From the NCBI GenBank assembly GCA_964057225.1, contig OZ059900.1, positions 25,606,001 through 25,670,000 on the forward strand: DNA of 64,000 nt, read 5' to 3'. Below are positions 1 through 14,022 of the stretch, in pieces. How positions within the stretch are numbered: the first letter of the stretch is position 1; each line of letters opens with the position of its first letter. Both the position numbers and the translations under genes were made by a program. This DNA is from Auanema rhodensis. Its lineage: Eukaryota > Animalia > Nematoda. A model generated the notes under the pieces. It was not told the DNA's origin and made no database searches. It saw only the letters and a list, made by a program, of their open reading frames with translations.

Positions 1-3000
1 TTGTTTACAGCGAAATTTCCAAAAACTGGTTTTCCAGCATAATAAAATATTTCTCATGGGAAATACAGTGTTTTTGTATTTTTTTAGTGTTCAGCATGTG
101 AAATGCGTCATTTTAGTATGTAAAACGCTGAAATTCGTTGCATTTGACGACTCATATGAACAAAAATCGATTTTATCAATATTAGCCATAAGGGGCGTGC
201 CCTCAGAATATGCTAATTTCCTTAATTTTCTAACCCCTGTTTTTTTGTCGTGAAAGTGGAACTAGACGTTGTACGAACAATTTTGAGCTAGGTTTCATTG
301 ACATTGCATGAGTTTGAACACATGAAATCGTAAGTCAAAACCTTGTTTACAGCGAAATTTCCAAAAACTGGTTTTCCAGCATAATACAATATTTCTCATG
401 GGAAATACTGTGTTTTTGTATTTTTCTAGTGTTCAGAATGTAGAATGCTTCATTTTAGTACGTAAAACGCTGAAATTCGTTGCATTTGACGACTCATATG
501 AACAAAAATCGATTTTATCAATATTAGCCATAAGGGGCGTGCCCTCAGAATATGCTAATTTCCTTAATTTTCTAACCCCTGTTTTTTTGTCGTGAAAGTT
601 CAACTAGACGTTGTACGAACAATTTTGAGCTAGGTTTCATTGACATTGCATGAGTTTGAACACATGAAATCGTAAGTCAAAACCTTGTTTACAGCGAAAT
701 TTCCAAAAACTGGTTTTCCAGCATAATAAAATATTTCTCAAGGGAAAAACTGTGTTTTTATATTTTTCTAGTGTTCAGCATGTGAAATGCTTAATTTTAG
801 TATGTAACACGCTGAAATTTGTTGCATTTGACGACTCATATGAACAAAAATCGATTTAATCAATATTAGCCATAAGGGGCGTGCCCTCAGAATATGCTAA
901 TTTCCTTAATTTTCTAACCCCTGTTTTTTTGTCGTGAAAGTGGAACTAGACGTTGTACGAACAATTTTGAGCTAGGTTTCATTGACATTGCATGAGTTTG
1001 AACACATGAAATCGTAAGTCAAAACCTTGTTTACAGCGAAATTTCCAAAAACTGGTTTTCCAGCATAATAAAATATTTCTCATGGGAAATACTGTGTTTT
1101 TGTATTTTTTTAGTGTTCAGCATGTAAAATGCGTCATTTTAGTATGTAACACGCTGAAATTCGTTGCATTTGACGACTCATATGAACAAAAATCGATTTA
1201 ATCAATATTAGCCATAAGGGGCGTGCCCTCAGAATATGCTAATTTCCTTAATTTTCTAACCCCTGTTTTTTTGTTGTGAAAGTGGAACTAGACGTTGTAC
1301 GAACAATTTTGAGATAGGTTTCATTGACATTGCATGAGTTTGAACACATGAAATCGTAAGTCAAAACCTTGTTTACAGCGAAATTTCCAAAAACTGGTTT
1401 TCCAGCATAATAAAATATTTCTCTTGGGAAATACTGTGTTTTTGTATTTTTCTAGTGTTCAGCATGTAAAATGCTTCATTTTAGTATGTAACACGCTGAA
1501 ATTCGTTGCATTTGACGACTCATATGAACAAAAATCGATTTAATCAATATTAGCCATAAGGGGCGTGCCCTCAGAATATGCTAATTTCCTTAATTTTCTA
1601 ACCCCTGTTTTTTTGTCGTGAAAGTGGAACTAGACGTTGTACGAACAATTTTGAGCTAGGTTTCATTGACATTGCATCAGTTTGAACACATGAAATCGTA
1701 AGTCAAAACCTTGTTTACAGCGAAATTTCCAAAAACTGGTTTTCCAGCATAATAAAATATTTCTCATGGGAAATACTGTGTTTTTGTATTTTTCTAGTGT
1801 TCAACATGTAAAATTCTTCATTTTAGTATGTAACACGCTGAAATTCGTTGCATTTGACGACTCATATGAACAAAAATCGATTTAATCAATATTAGCCATA
1901 AGGGGCGTGCCCTCAGAATATGCTAATTTCCTTAATTTTCTAACCCCTGTTTTTTTGTCGTGAAAGTGGAACTAGACGTTGTACGAACAATTTTGAGCTA
2001 GGTTTCATTGACATTGCATGAGTTTGAACACATGAAATCGTAAGTCAAAACCTTGTTTACAGCGAAATTTCCAAAAACTGGTTTTCCAGCATAATAAAAT
2101 ATTTCTCATGGGAAAAACTGTGTTTTTGTATTTTTTCAGTGTTCAGCATGTAAAATGCTTCATTTTAGTATGTAACACGCTGAAATTCGTTGCATTTGAC
2201 GACTCATATGAACAAAAATCGATTTAATCAATATTAGCCATAAGGGGCGTGCCCTCAGAATATGCTAATTTCCTTAATTTTCTAACCCCTGTTTTTTTGT
2301 CGTGAAAGTGGAACTAGACGTTGTACGAACTATTTTGAGCTAGGTTTCATTGACATTGCATGAGTTTGAACACATGAAATCGTAAGTCAAAACCTTGTTT
2401 ACAGCGAAATTTCCAAAAACTGGTTTTCCAGCATAATAAAATATTTCTCAAGGGAAAAACTGTGTTTTTATATTTTTCTAGTGTTCAGCATGTAAAATGC
2501 TTCATTTTAGTTTGTAACACGCTGAAATTCGTTGCATTTGACGACTCATATGAACAAAAATCGATTTAATCAATATTAGCCATAAGGGGCGTGCCCTCAG
2601 AATATGCTAATTTCCTTAATTTTCTAACCCCTGTTTTTTTGTCGTGAAAGTGGAACTAGACGTTGTACGAACAATTTTGAGCTAGGTTTCATTGACATTG
2701 CATGAGTTTGAACACATGAAATCGTAAGTCAAAACCGTGTTTACAGCGAAATTTCCAAAAACTGGTTTTCCAGCATAATAAAATATTTCTCAAGGGAAAA
2801 ACTGTGTTTTTATATTTTTCTAGTGTTCAGCATGTAAAATGCTTCATTTTAGTATGTAACACGGTGAAATTCCTTTCATTTGACGACTCATATGAACAAA
2901 AATCGATTTAATCAATATTAGCCATAAGGGGCGTGCCCTCAGAATATGCTAATTTCCTTAATTTTCTAACCCCTGTTTTTTTGTCGTGAAAGTGGAACTA

Positions 3001-6000
3001 GACGTTGTACGAACAATTTTGAGCTAGGTTTCATTGACATTGCATGAGTTTGAACACATGAAATCGTAAGTCAAAACCTTGTTTACAGCGAAATTTCCAA
3101 AAACTGGTTTTCCAGCATAATAAAATATTTCTCAAGGGAAAAACTGTGTTTTTATATTTTTCTAGTGTTCAGCATGTAAAATGCTTCATTTTAGTATGTA
3201 ACACGCTGAAATTCGTTGCATTTGACGACTCATATGAACAAAAATCGATTTAATCAATATTAGCCATAACGGGCGTGCCCTCAGAATATGCTAATTTCCT
3301 TAATTTTCTAACCCCTGTTTTTTTGTTGTGAAAGTGGAACTAGACGTTGTACGAACAATTTTGAGCTAGGTTTCATTGACATTGCATGAGTTTGAACACA
3401 TGAAATCGTAAGTCAAAACCTTGTTTACAGCGAAATTTCCAAAAACTGGTTTTCCAGCATAATAAAATATTTCTCATGGGAAATACTGTGTTTTTGTATT
3501 TTTCTAGTGTTCAGCATGTAAAATGCTTCATTTTAGTATGTAACACGCTGAAATTCGTTGCATTTGACGACTCATATGAACAAAAATCGATTTAATCAAT
3601 ATTAGCCATAAGGGGCGTGCCCTCAGAATATGCTAATTTCCTTAATTTTCTAACCCCTGTTTTTTTGTCGTGAAAGTGGAACTAGACGTTGTACGAACAA
3701 TTTTGAGCTAGGTTTCATTGACATTGCATCAGTTTGAACACATGAAATCGTAAGTCAAAACCTTGTTTACAGCGAAATTTCCAAAAACTGGTTTTCCAGC
3801 ATAATAAAATATTTCTCATGGGAAAAACTGTGTTTTTGTATTTTTTCAGTGTTCAGCATGTAAAATGCTTCATTTTAGTATGTAACACGCTGAAATTCGT
3901 TGCATTTGACGACTCATATGAACAAAAATCGATTTAATCAATATTAGCCATAAGGGGCGTGCCCTCAGAATATGCTAATTTCCTTAATTTTCTAACCCCT
4001 GTTTTTTTGTCGTGAAAGTGGAACTAGACGTTGTACGAACAATTTTGAGCTAGGTTTCATTGACATTGCATGAGTTTGAACACATGAAATCGTAAGTCAA
4101 AACCTTGTTTACAGCGAAATTTCCAAAAACTGGTTTTCCAGCATAATAAAATATTTCTCATGGGAAATACAGTGTTTTTGTATTTTTTTAGTGTTCAGCA
4201 TGTGAAATGCGTCATTTTAGTATGTAAAACGCTGAAATTCGTTGCATTTGACGACTCATATGAACAAAAATCGATTTTATCAATATTAGCCATAAGGGGC
4301 GTGCCCTCAGAATATGCTAATTTCCTTAATTTTCTAACCCCTGTTTTTTTGTCGTGAAAGTGGAACTAGACGTTGTACGAACAATTTTGAGCTAGGTTTC
4401 ATTGACATTGCATGAGTTTGAACACATGAAATCGTAAGTCAAAACCTTGTTTACAGCGAAATTTCCAAAAACTGGTTTTCCAGCATAATACAATATTTCT
4501 CATGGGAAATACTGTGTTTTTGTATTTTTCTAGTGTTCAGAATGTAGAATGCTTCATTTTAGTACGTAACACGCTGAAATTCGTTGCATTTGACGACTCA
4601 TATGAACAAAAATCGATTTAATCAATATTAGCCATAAGGGGCGTGCCCTCAGAATATGCTAATTTCCTTAATTTTCTAACCCCTGTTTTTTTGTCGTGAA
4701 AGTGGAACTAGACGTTGTACGAACAATTTTGAGCTAGGTTTCATTGACATTGCATGAGTTTGAACACATGAAATCGTAAGTCAAAACCTTGTTTACAGCG
4801 AAATTTCCAAAAACTGGTTTTCCAGCATAATAAAATATTTCTCATGGGAAATACTGTGTTTTTGTATTTTTCTAGTGTTCAGCATGTAAAATGCTTCATT
4901 TTAGTATGTAACACGCTGAAATTCGTTGCATTTGACGACTCATATGAACAAAAATCGATTTAATCAATATTAGCCATAAGGGGCGTGCCCTCAGAATATG
5001 CTAATTTCCTTAATTTTCTAACCCCTGTTTTTTTGTCGTGAAAGTGGAACTAGACGTTGTACGAACAATTTTGAGCTAGGTTTCATTGACATTGCATGAG
5101 TTTGAACACATGAAATCGTAAGTTAAAACCTTGTTTACAGCGAAATTTCCAAAAACTGGTTTTCCAGCATAATAAAATATTGCTCATGGGAAATACAGTG
5201 TTTTTGTATTTTTTTAGTGTTCAGCATGTAAAATGCGTCATTTTAGTATGTAAAACGCTGAAATTCGTTGCATTTGACGACTCATATGAACAAAAATCGA
5301 TTTTATCAATATTAGCCATAAGGGGCGTGCCCTCAGAATATGCTAATTTCCTTAATTTTCTAACCCCTGTTTTTTTGTCGTGAAAGTTCAACTAGACGTT
5401 GTACGAACAATTTTGAGCTAGGTTTCATTGACATTGCATGAGTTTGAACACATGAAATCGTAAGTCAAAACCTTGTTTACAGCGAAATTTCCAAAAACTG
5501 GTTTTCCAGCATAATAAAATATTTCTCAAGGGAAAAACTGTGTTTTTATATTTTTCTAGTGTTCAGCATGTGAAATGCTTAATTTTAGTATGTAACACGC
5601 TGAAATTTGTTGCATTTGACGACTCATATGAACAAAAATCGATTTAATCAATATTAGCCATAAGGGGCGTGCCCTCAGAATATGCTAATTTCCTTAATTT
5701 TCTAACCCCTGTTTTTTTGTCGTGAAAGTGGAACTAGACGTTGTACGAACAATTTTGAGCTAGGTTTCATTGACATTGCATGAGTTTGAACACATGAAAT
5801 CGTAAGTCAAAACCTTGTTTACAGCGAAATTTCCAAAAACTGGTTTTCCAGCATAATAAAATATTTCTCATGGGAAATACTGTGTTTTTGTATTTTTTTA
5901 GTGTTCAGCATGTAAAATGCGTCATTTTAGTATGTAAAACGCTGAAATTCGTTGCATTTGACGACTCATATGAACAAAAATCGATTTAATCAATATTAGC

Positions 6001-8208
6001 CATAAGGGGCGTGCCCTCAGAATATGCTAATTTCCTTAATTTTCTAACCCCTGTTTTTTTGTCGTGAAAGTGGAACTAGACGTTGTACGAACAATTTTGA
6101 GCTAGGTTTCATTGACATTGCATGAGTTTGAACACATGAAATCGTAAGTCAAAACCTTGTTTACAGCGAAATTTCCAAAAACTGGTTTTCCAGCATAATA
6201 AAATATTTCTCATGGGAAATACTGTGTTTTTGTATTTTTCTAGTGTTCAGCATGTAAAATGCTTCATTTTAGTATGTAACACGCTGAAATTCGTTGCATT
6301 TGACGACTCATATGAACAAAAATCGATTTAATCAATATTAGCCATAAGGGGCGTGCCCTCAGAATATGCTAATTTCCTTAATTTTCTAACCCCTGTTTTT
6401 TTGTTGTGAAAGTGGAACTAGACGTTGTACGAACAATTTTGAGATAGGTTTCATTGACATTGCATGAGTTTGAACACATGAAATCGTAAGTCAAAACCTT
6501 GTTTACAGCGAAATTTCCAAAAACTGGTTTTCCAGCATAATAAAATATTTCTCATGGGAAATACTGTGTTTTTGTATTTTTCTAGTGTTCAGCATGTAAA
6601 ATGCTTCATTTTAGTATGTAACACGCTGAAATTCGTTGCATTTGACGACTCATATGAACAAAAATCGATTTAATCAATATTAGCCATAAGGGGCGTGCCC
6701 TCAGAATATGCTAATTTCCTTAATTTTCTAACCCCTGTTTTTTTGTCGTGAAAGTGGAACTAGACGTTGTACGAACAATTTTGAGCTAGGTTTCATTGAC
6801 ATTGCATCAGTTTGAACACATGAAATCGTAAGTCAAAACCTTGTTTACAGCGAAATTTCCAAAAACTGGTTTTCCAGCATAATAAAATATTTCTCATGGG
6901 AAAAACTGTGTTTTTGTATTTTTTCAGTGTTCAGCATGTAAAATGCTTCATTTTAGTATGTAACACGCTGAAATTCGTTGCATTTGACGACTCATATGAA
7001 CAAAAATCGATTTAATCAATATTAGCCATAAGGGGCGTGCCCTCAGAATATGCTAATTTCCTTAATTTTCTAACCCCTGTTTTTTTGTCGTGAAAGTGGA
7101 ACTAGACGTTGTACGAACAATTTTGAGCTAGGTTTCATTGACATTGCATGAGTTTGAACACATGAAATCGTAAGTCAAAACCTTGTTTACAGCGAAATTT
7201 CCAAAAACTGGTTTTCCAGCATAATAAAATATTTCTCAAGGGAAAAACTGTGTTTTTATATTTTTCTAGTGTTCAGCATGTGAAATGCTTAATTTTAGTA
7301 TGTAACACGCTGAAATTCGTTGCATTTGACGACTCATATGAACAAAAATCGATTTAATCAATATTAGCCATAAGGGGCGTGCCCTCAGAATATGCTAATT
7401 TCCTTAATTTTCTAACCCCTGTTTTTTTGTCGTGAAAGTGGAACTAGACGTTGTACGAACTATTTTGAGCTAGGTTTCATTGACATTGCATGAGTTTGAA
7501 CACATGAAATCGTAAGTCAAAACCTTGTTTACAGCGAAATTTCCAAAAACTGGTTTTCCAGCATAATAAAATATTTCTCAAGGGAAAAACTGTGTTTTTA
7601 TATTTTTCTAGTGTTCAGCATGTAAAATGCTTCATTTTAGTATGTAACACGCTGAAATTCGTTGCATTTGACGACTCATATGAACAAAAATCGATTTAAT
7701 CAATATTAGCCATAACGGGCGTGCCCTCAGAATATGCTAATTTCCTTAATTTTCTAACCCCTGTTTTTTTGTTGTGAAAGTGGAACTAGACGTTGTACGA
7801 ACAATTTTGAGCTAGGTTTCATTGACATTGCATGAGTTTGAACACATGAAATCGTAAGTCAAAACCTTGTTTACAGCGAAATTTCCAAAAACTGGTTTTC
7901 CAGCATAATAAAATATTTCTCAAGGGAAAAACTGTGTTTTTATATTTTTCTAGTGTTCAGCATGTGAAATGCTTAATTTTAGTATGTAACACGCTGAAAT
8001 TTGTTGCATTTGACGACTCATATGAACAAAAATCGATTTAATCAATATTAGCCATAAGGGGCGTGCCCTCAGAATATGCTAATTTCCTTAATTTTCTAAC
8101 CCCTGTTTTTTTGTTGTGAAAGTGGAACTAGACGTTGTACGAACAATTTTGAGCTAGGTTTCATTGACATTGCATGAGTTTGAACACATGAAATCGTAAG
8201 TCAAAACC

Positions 8209-11200
8209 TTGTTTACAGCGAAATTTCCAAAAACTGGTTTTCCAGCATAATAAAATATTTCTCAAGGGAAAAACTGTGTTTTTATATTTTTCTAGTGTTC
8301 AGCATGTAAAATGCTTCATTTTAGTATGTAACACGCTGAAATTCGTTGCATTTGACGACTCATATGAACAAAAATCGATTTAATCAATATTAGCCATAAC
8401 GGGCGTGCCCTCAGAATATGCTAATTTCCTTAATTTTCTAACCCCTGTTTTTTTGTTGTGAAAGTGGAACTAGACGTTGTACGAACAATTTTGAGCTAGG
8501 TTTCATTGACATTGCATGAGTTTGAACACATGAAATCGTAAGTCAAAACCTTGTTTACAGCGAAATTTCCAAAAACTGGTTTTCCAGCATAATAAAATAT
8601 TTCTCATGGGAAATACTGTGTTTTTGTATTTTTCTAGTGTTCAGCATGTAAAATGCTTCATTTTAGTATGTAACACGCTGAAATTCGTTGCATTTGACGA
8701 CTCATATGAACAAAAATCGATTTAATCAATATTAGCCATAAGGGGCGTGCCCTCAGAATATGCTAATTTCCTTAATTTTCTAACCCCTGTTTTTTTGTCG
8801 TGAAAGTGGAACTAGACGTTGTACGAACAATTTTGAGCTAGGTTTCATTGACATTGCATCAGTTTGAACACATGAAATCGTAAGTCAAAACCTTGTTTAC
8901 AGCGAAATTTCCAAAAACTGGTTTTCCAGCATAATAAAATATTTCTCATGGGAAAAACTGTGTTTTTGTATTTTTTCAGTGTTCAGCATGTAAAATGCTT
9001 CATTTTAGTATGTAACACGCTGAAATTCGTTGCATTTGACGACTCATATGAACAAAAATCGATTTAATCAATATTAGCCATAAGGGGCGTGCCCTCAGAA
9101 TATGCTAATTTCCTTAATTTTCTAACCCCTGTTTTTTTGTCGTGAAAGTGGAACTAGACGTTGTACGAACAATTTTGAGCTAGGTTTCATTGACATTGCA
9201 TGAGTTTGAACACATGAAATCGTAAGTCAAAACCTTGTTTACAGCGAAATTTCCAAAAACTGGTTTTCCAGCATAATAAAATATTTCTCAAGGGAAAAAC
9301 TGTGTTTTTATATTTTTCTAGTGTTCAGCATGTGAAATGCTTAATTTTAGTATGTAACACGCTGAAATTTGTTGCATTTGACGACTCATATGAACAAAAA
9401 TCGATTTAATCAATATTAGCCATAAGGGGCGTGCCCTCAGAATATGCTAATTTCCTTAATTTTCTAACCCCTGTTTTTTTGTCGTGAAAGTGGAACTAGA
9501 CGTTGTACGAACAATTTTGAGCTAGGTTTCATTGACATTGCATGAGTTTGAACACATGAAATCGTAAGTCAAAACCTTGTTTACAGCGAAATTTCCAAAA
9601 ACTGGTTTTCCAGCATAATAAAATATTTCTCAAGGGAAAAACTGTGTTTTTATATTTTTCTAGTGTTCAGCATGTAAAATGCTTCATTTTAGTATGTAAC
9701 ACGCTGAAATTCGTTGCATTTGACGACTCATATGAACAAAAATCGATTTAATCAATATTAGCCATAACGGGCGTGCCCTCAGAATATGCTAATTTCCTTA
9801 ATTTTCTAACCCCTGTTTTTTTGTTGTGAAAGTGGAACTAGACGTTGTACGAACAATTTTGAGCTAGGTTTCATTGACATTGCATGAGTTTGAACACATG
9901 AAATCGTAAGTCAAAACCTTGTTTACAGCGAAATTTCCAAAAACTGGTTTTCCAGCATAATAAAATATTTCTCATGGGAAATACTGTGTTTTTGTATTTT
10001 TCTAGTGTTCAGCATGTAAAATGCTTCATTTTAGTATGTAACACGCTGAAATTCGTTGCATTTGACGACTCATATGAACAAAAATCGATTTAATCAATAT
10101 TAGCCATAAGGGGCGTGCCCTCAGAATATGCTAATTTCCTTAATTTTCTAACCCCTGTTTTTTTGTCGTGAAAGTGGAACTAGACGTTGTACGAACAATT
10201 TTGAGCTAGGTTTCATTGACATTGCATCAGTTTGAACACATGAAATCGTAAGTCAAAACCTTGTTTACAGCGAAATTTCCAAAAACTGGTTTTCCAGCAT
10301 AATAAAATATTTCTCATGGGAAAAACTGTGTTTTTGTATTTTTTCAGTGTTCAGCATGTAAAATGCTTCATTTTAGTATGTAACACGCTGAAATTCGTTG
10401 CATTTGACGACTCATATGAACAAAAATCGATTTAATCAATATTAGCCATAAGGGGCGTGCCCTCAGAATATGCTAATTTCCTTAATTTTCTAACCCCTGT
10501 TTTTTTGTCGTGAAAGTGGAACTAGACGTTGTACGAACAATTTTGAGCTAGGTTTCATTGACATTGCATGAGTTTGAACACATGAAATCGTAAGTCAAAA
10601 CCTTGTTTACAGCGAAATTTCCAAAAACTGGTTTTCCAGCATAATAAAATATTTCTCAAGGGAAAAACTGTGTTTTTATATTTTTCTAGTGTTCAGCATG
10701 TGAAATGCTTAATTTTAGTATGTAACACGCTGAAATTTGTTGCATTTGACGACTCATATGAACAAAAATCGATTTAATCAATATTAGCCATAAGGGGCGT
10801 GCCCTCAGAATATGCTAATTTCCTTAATTTTCTAACCCCTGTTTTTTTGTCGTGAAAGTGGAACTAGACGTTGTACGAACAATTTTGAGCTAGGTTTCAT
10901 TGACATTGCATGAGTTTGAACACATGAAATCGTAAGTCAAAACCTTGTTTACAGCGAAATTTCCAAAAACTGGTTTTCCAGCATAATAAAATATTTCTCA
11001 AGGGAAAAACTGTGTTTTTATATTTTTCTAGTGTTCAGCATGTGAAATGCTTAATTTTAGTATGTAACACGCTGAAATTTGTTGCATTTGACGACTCATA
11101 TGAACAAAAATCGATTTAATCAATATTAGCCATAAGGGGCGTGCCCTCAGAATATGCTAATTTCCTTAATTTTCTAACCCCTGTTTTTTTGTCGTGAAAG

Positions 11201-14022
11201 TGGAACTAGACGTTGTACGAACAATTTTGAGCTAGGTTTCATTGACATTGCATGAGTTTGAACACATGAAATCGTAAGTCAAAACCTTGTTTACAGCGAA
11301 ATTTCCAAAAACTGGTTTTCCAGCATAATAAAATATTTCTCAAGGGAAAAACTGTGTTTTTATATTTTTCTAGTGTTCAGCATGTAAAATGCTTCATTTT
11401 AGTATGTAACACGCTGAAATTCGTTGCATTTGACGACTCATATGAACAAAAATCGATTTAATCAATATTAGCCATAACGGGCGTGCCCTCAGAATATGCT
11501 AATTTCCTTAATTTTCTAACCCCTGTTTTTTTGTTGTGAAAGTGGAACTAGACGTTGTACGAACAATTTTGAGCTAGGTTTCATTGACATTGCATGAGTT
11601 TGAACACATGAAATCGTAAGTCAAAACCTTGTTTACAGCGAAATTTCCAAAAACTGGTTTTCCAGCATAATAAAATATTTCTCATGGGAAATACTGTGTT
11701 TTTGTATTTTTCTAGTGTTCAGCATGTAAAATGCTTCATTTTAGTATGTAACACGCTGAAATTCGTTGCATTTGACGACTCATATGAACAAAAATCGATT
11801 TAATCAATATTAGCCATAAGGGGCGTGCCCTCAGAATATGCTAATTTCCTTAATTTTCTAACCCCTGTTTTTTTGTCGTGAAAGTGGAACTAGACGTTGT
11901 ACGAACAATTTTGAGCTAGGTTTCATTGACATTGCATCAGTTTGAACACATGAAATCGTAAGTCAAAACCTTGTTTACAGCGAAATTTCCAAAAACTGGT
12001 TTTCCAGCATAATAAAATATTTCTCATGGGAAAAACTGTGTTTTTGTATTTTTTCAGTGTTCAGCATGTAAAATGCTTCATTTTAGTATGTAACACGCTG
12101 AAATTCGTTGCATTTGACGACTCATATGAACAAAAATCGATTTAATCAATATTAGCCATAAGGGGCGTGCCCTCAGAATATGCTAATTTCCTTAATTTTC
12201 TAACCCCTGTTTTTTTGTCGTGAAAGTGGAACTAGACGTTGTACGAACAATTTTGAGCTAGGTTTCATTGACATTGCATGAGTTTGAACACATGAAATCG
12301 TAAGTCAAAACCTTGTTTACAGCGAAATTTCCAAAAACTGGTTTTCCAGCATAATAAAATATTTCTCAAGGGAAAAACTGTGTTTTTATATTTTTCTAGT
12401 GTTCAGCATGTGAAATGCTTAATTTTAGTATGTAACACGCTGAAATTTGTTGCATTTGACGACTCATATGAACAAAAATCGATTTAATCAATATTAGCCA
12501 TAAGGGGCGTGCCCTCAGAATATGCTAATTTCCTTAATTTTCTAACCCCTGTTTTTTTGTCGTGAAAGTGGAACTAGACGTTGTACGAACAATTTTGAGC
12601 TAGGTTTCATTGACATTGCATGAGTTTGAACACATGAAATCGTAAGTCAAAACCTTGTTTACAGCGAAATTTCCAAAAACTGGTTTTCCAGCATAATAAA
12701 ATATTTCTCAAGGGAAAAACTGTGTTTTTATATTTTTCTAGTGTTCAGCATGTAAAATGCTTCATTTTAGTATGTAACACGCTGAAATTCGTTGCATTTG
12801 ACGACTCATATGAACAAAAATCGATTTAATCAATATTAGCCATAACGGGCGTGCCCTCAGAATATGCTAATTTCCTTAATTTTCTAACCCCTGTTTTTTT
12901 GTTGTGAAAGTGGAACTAGACGTTGTACGAACAATTTTGAGCTAGGTTTCATTGACATTGCATGAGTTTGAACACATGAAATCGTAAGTCAAAACCTTGT
13001 TTACAGCGAAATTTCCAAAAACTGGTTTTCCAGCATAATAAAATATTTCTCATGGGAAATACTGTGTTTTTGTATTTTTCTAGTGTTCAGCATGTAAAAT
13101 GCTTCATTTTAGTATGTAACACGCTGAAATTCGTTGCATTTGACGACTCATATGAACAAAAATCGATTTAATCAATATTAGCCATAAGGGGCGTGCCCTC
13201 AGAATATGCTAATTTCCTTAATTTTCTAACCCCTGTTTTTTTGTCGTGAAAGTGGAACTAGACGTTGTACGAACAATTTTGAGCTAGGTTTCATTGACAT
13301 TGCATCAGTTTGAACACATGAAATCGTAAGTCAAAACCTTGTTTACAGCGAAATTTCCAAAAACTGGTTTTCCAGCATAATAAAATATTTCTCATGGGAA
13401 AAACTGTGTTTTTGTATTTTTTCAGTGTTCAGCATGTAAAATGCTTCATTTTAGTATGTAACACGCTGAAATTCGTTGCATTTGACGACTCATATGAACA
13501 AAAATCGATTTAATCAATATTAGCCATAAGGGGCGTGCCCTCAGAATATGCTAATTTCCTTAATTTTCTAACCCCTGTTTTTTTGTCGTGAAAGTGGAAC
13601 TAGACGTTGTACGAACAATTTTGAGCTAGGTTTCATTGACATTGCATGAGTTTGAACACATGAAATCGTAAGTCAAAACCTTGTTTACAGCGAAATTTCC
13701 AAAAACTGGTTTTCCAGCATAATAAAATATTTCTCAAGGGAAAAACTGTGTTTTTATATTTTTCTAGTGTTCAGCATGTGAAATGCTTAATTTTAGTATG
13801 TAACACGCTGAAATTTGTTGCATTTGACGACTCATATGAACAAAAATCGATTTAATCAATATTAGCCATAAGGGGCGTGCCCTCAGAATATGCTAATTTC
13901 CTTAATTTTCTAACCCCTGTTTTTTTGTCGTGAAAGTGGAACTAGACGTTGTACGAACAATTTTGAGCTAGGTTTCATTGACATTGCATGAGTTTGAACA
14001 CATGAAATCGTAAGTCAAAACC
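8209..14022 (+). repeat. 4-monomer higher-order repeat (D-C-E-B, 1368 bp), 4 copies plus one extra B monomer
   Basis: Marker CATAACGGGC (D) in monomers at 8209, 9577, 11287, 12655, each followed by GCATCAG (C), TTTTCAGTG (E) and GTGAAATGCTTAAT (B). Extra B at 10945 makes one spacing 1710. Confidence 0.9.

Noticed and set aside
12-173. Short palindromes GAAATTTC, AAATATTT, TCATATGA, AAATCGATTT as regulatory sites
   Set aside because: 8-10-bp AT-rich palindromes with no independent evidence of function.
191-246. AGGGGCGTGCCCT hairpin plus T7 run as an intrinsic terminator
   Set aside because: The stem is only about 4 bp, the T run is over 35 bp away, and there is no gene context.
1-342. Primate alpha-satellite dimer (2x171) or a named insect/plant satellite of similar length
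   Set aside because: Only the length agrees. I recognise no alphoid sequence or intact CENP-B box, and naming a family requires a database search I cannot run.
1-342. Tandem RNA gene unit (5S rRNA, tRNA, snRNA, spliced leader)
   Set aside because: No recognisable 5S, cloverleaf or Pol III box A/B sequence on either strand; composition is AT-rich.
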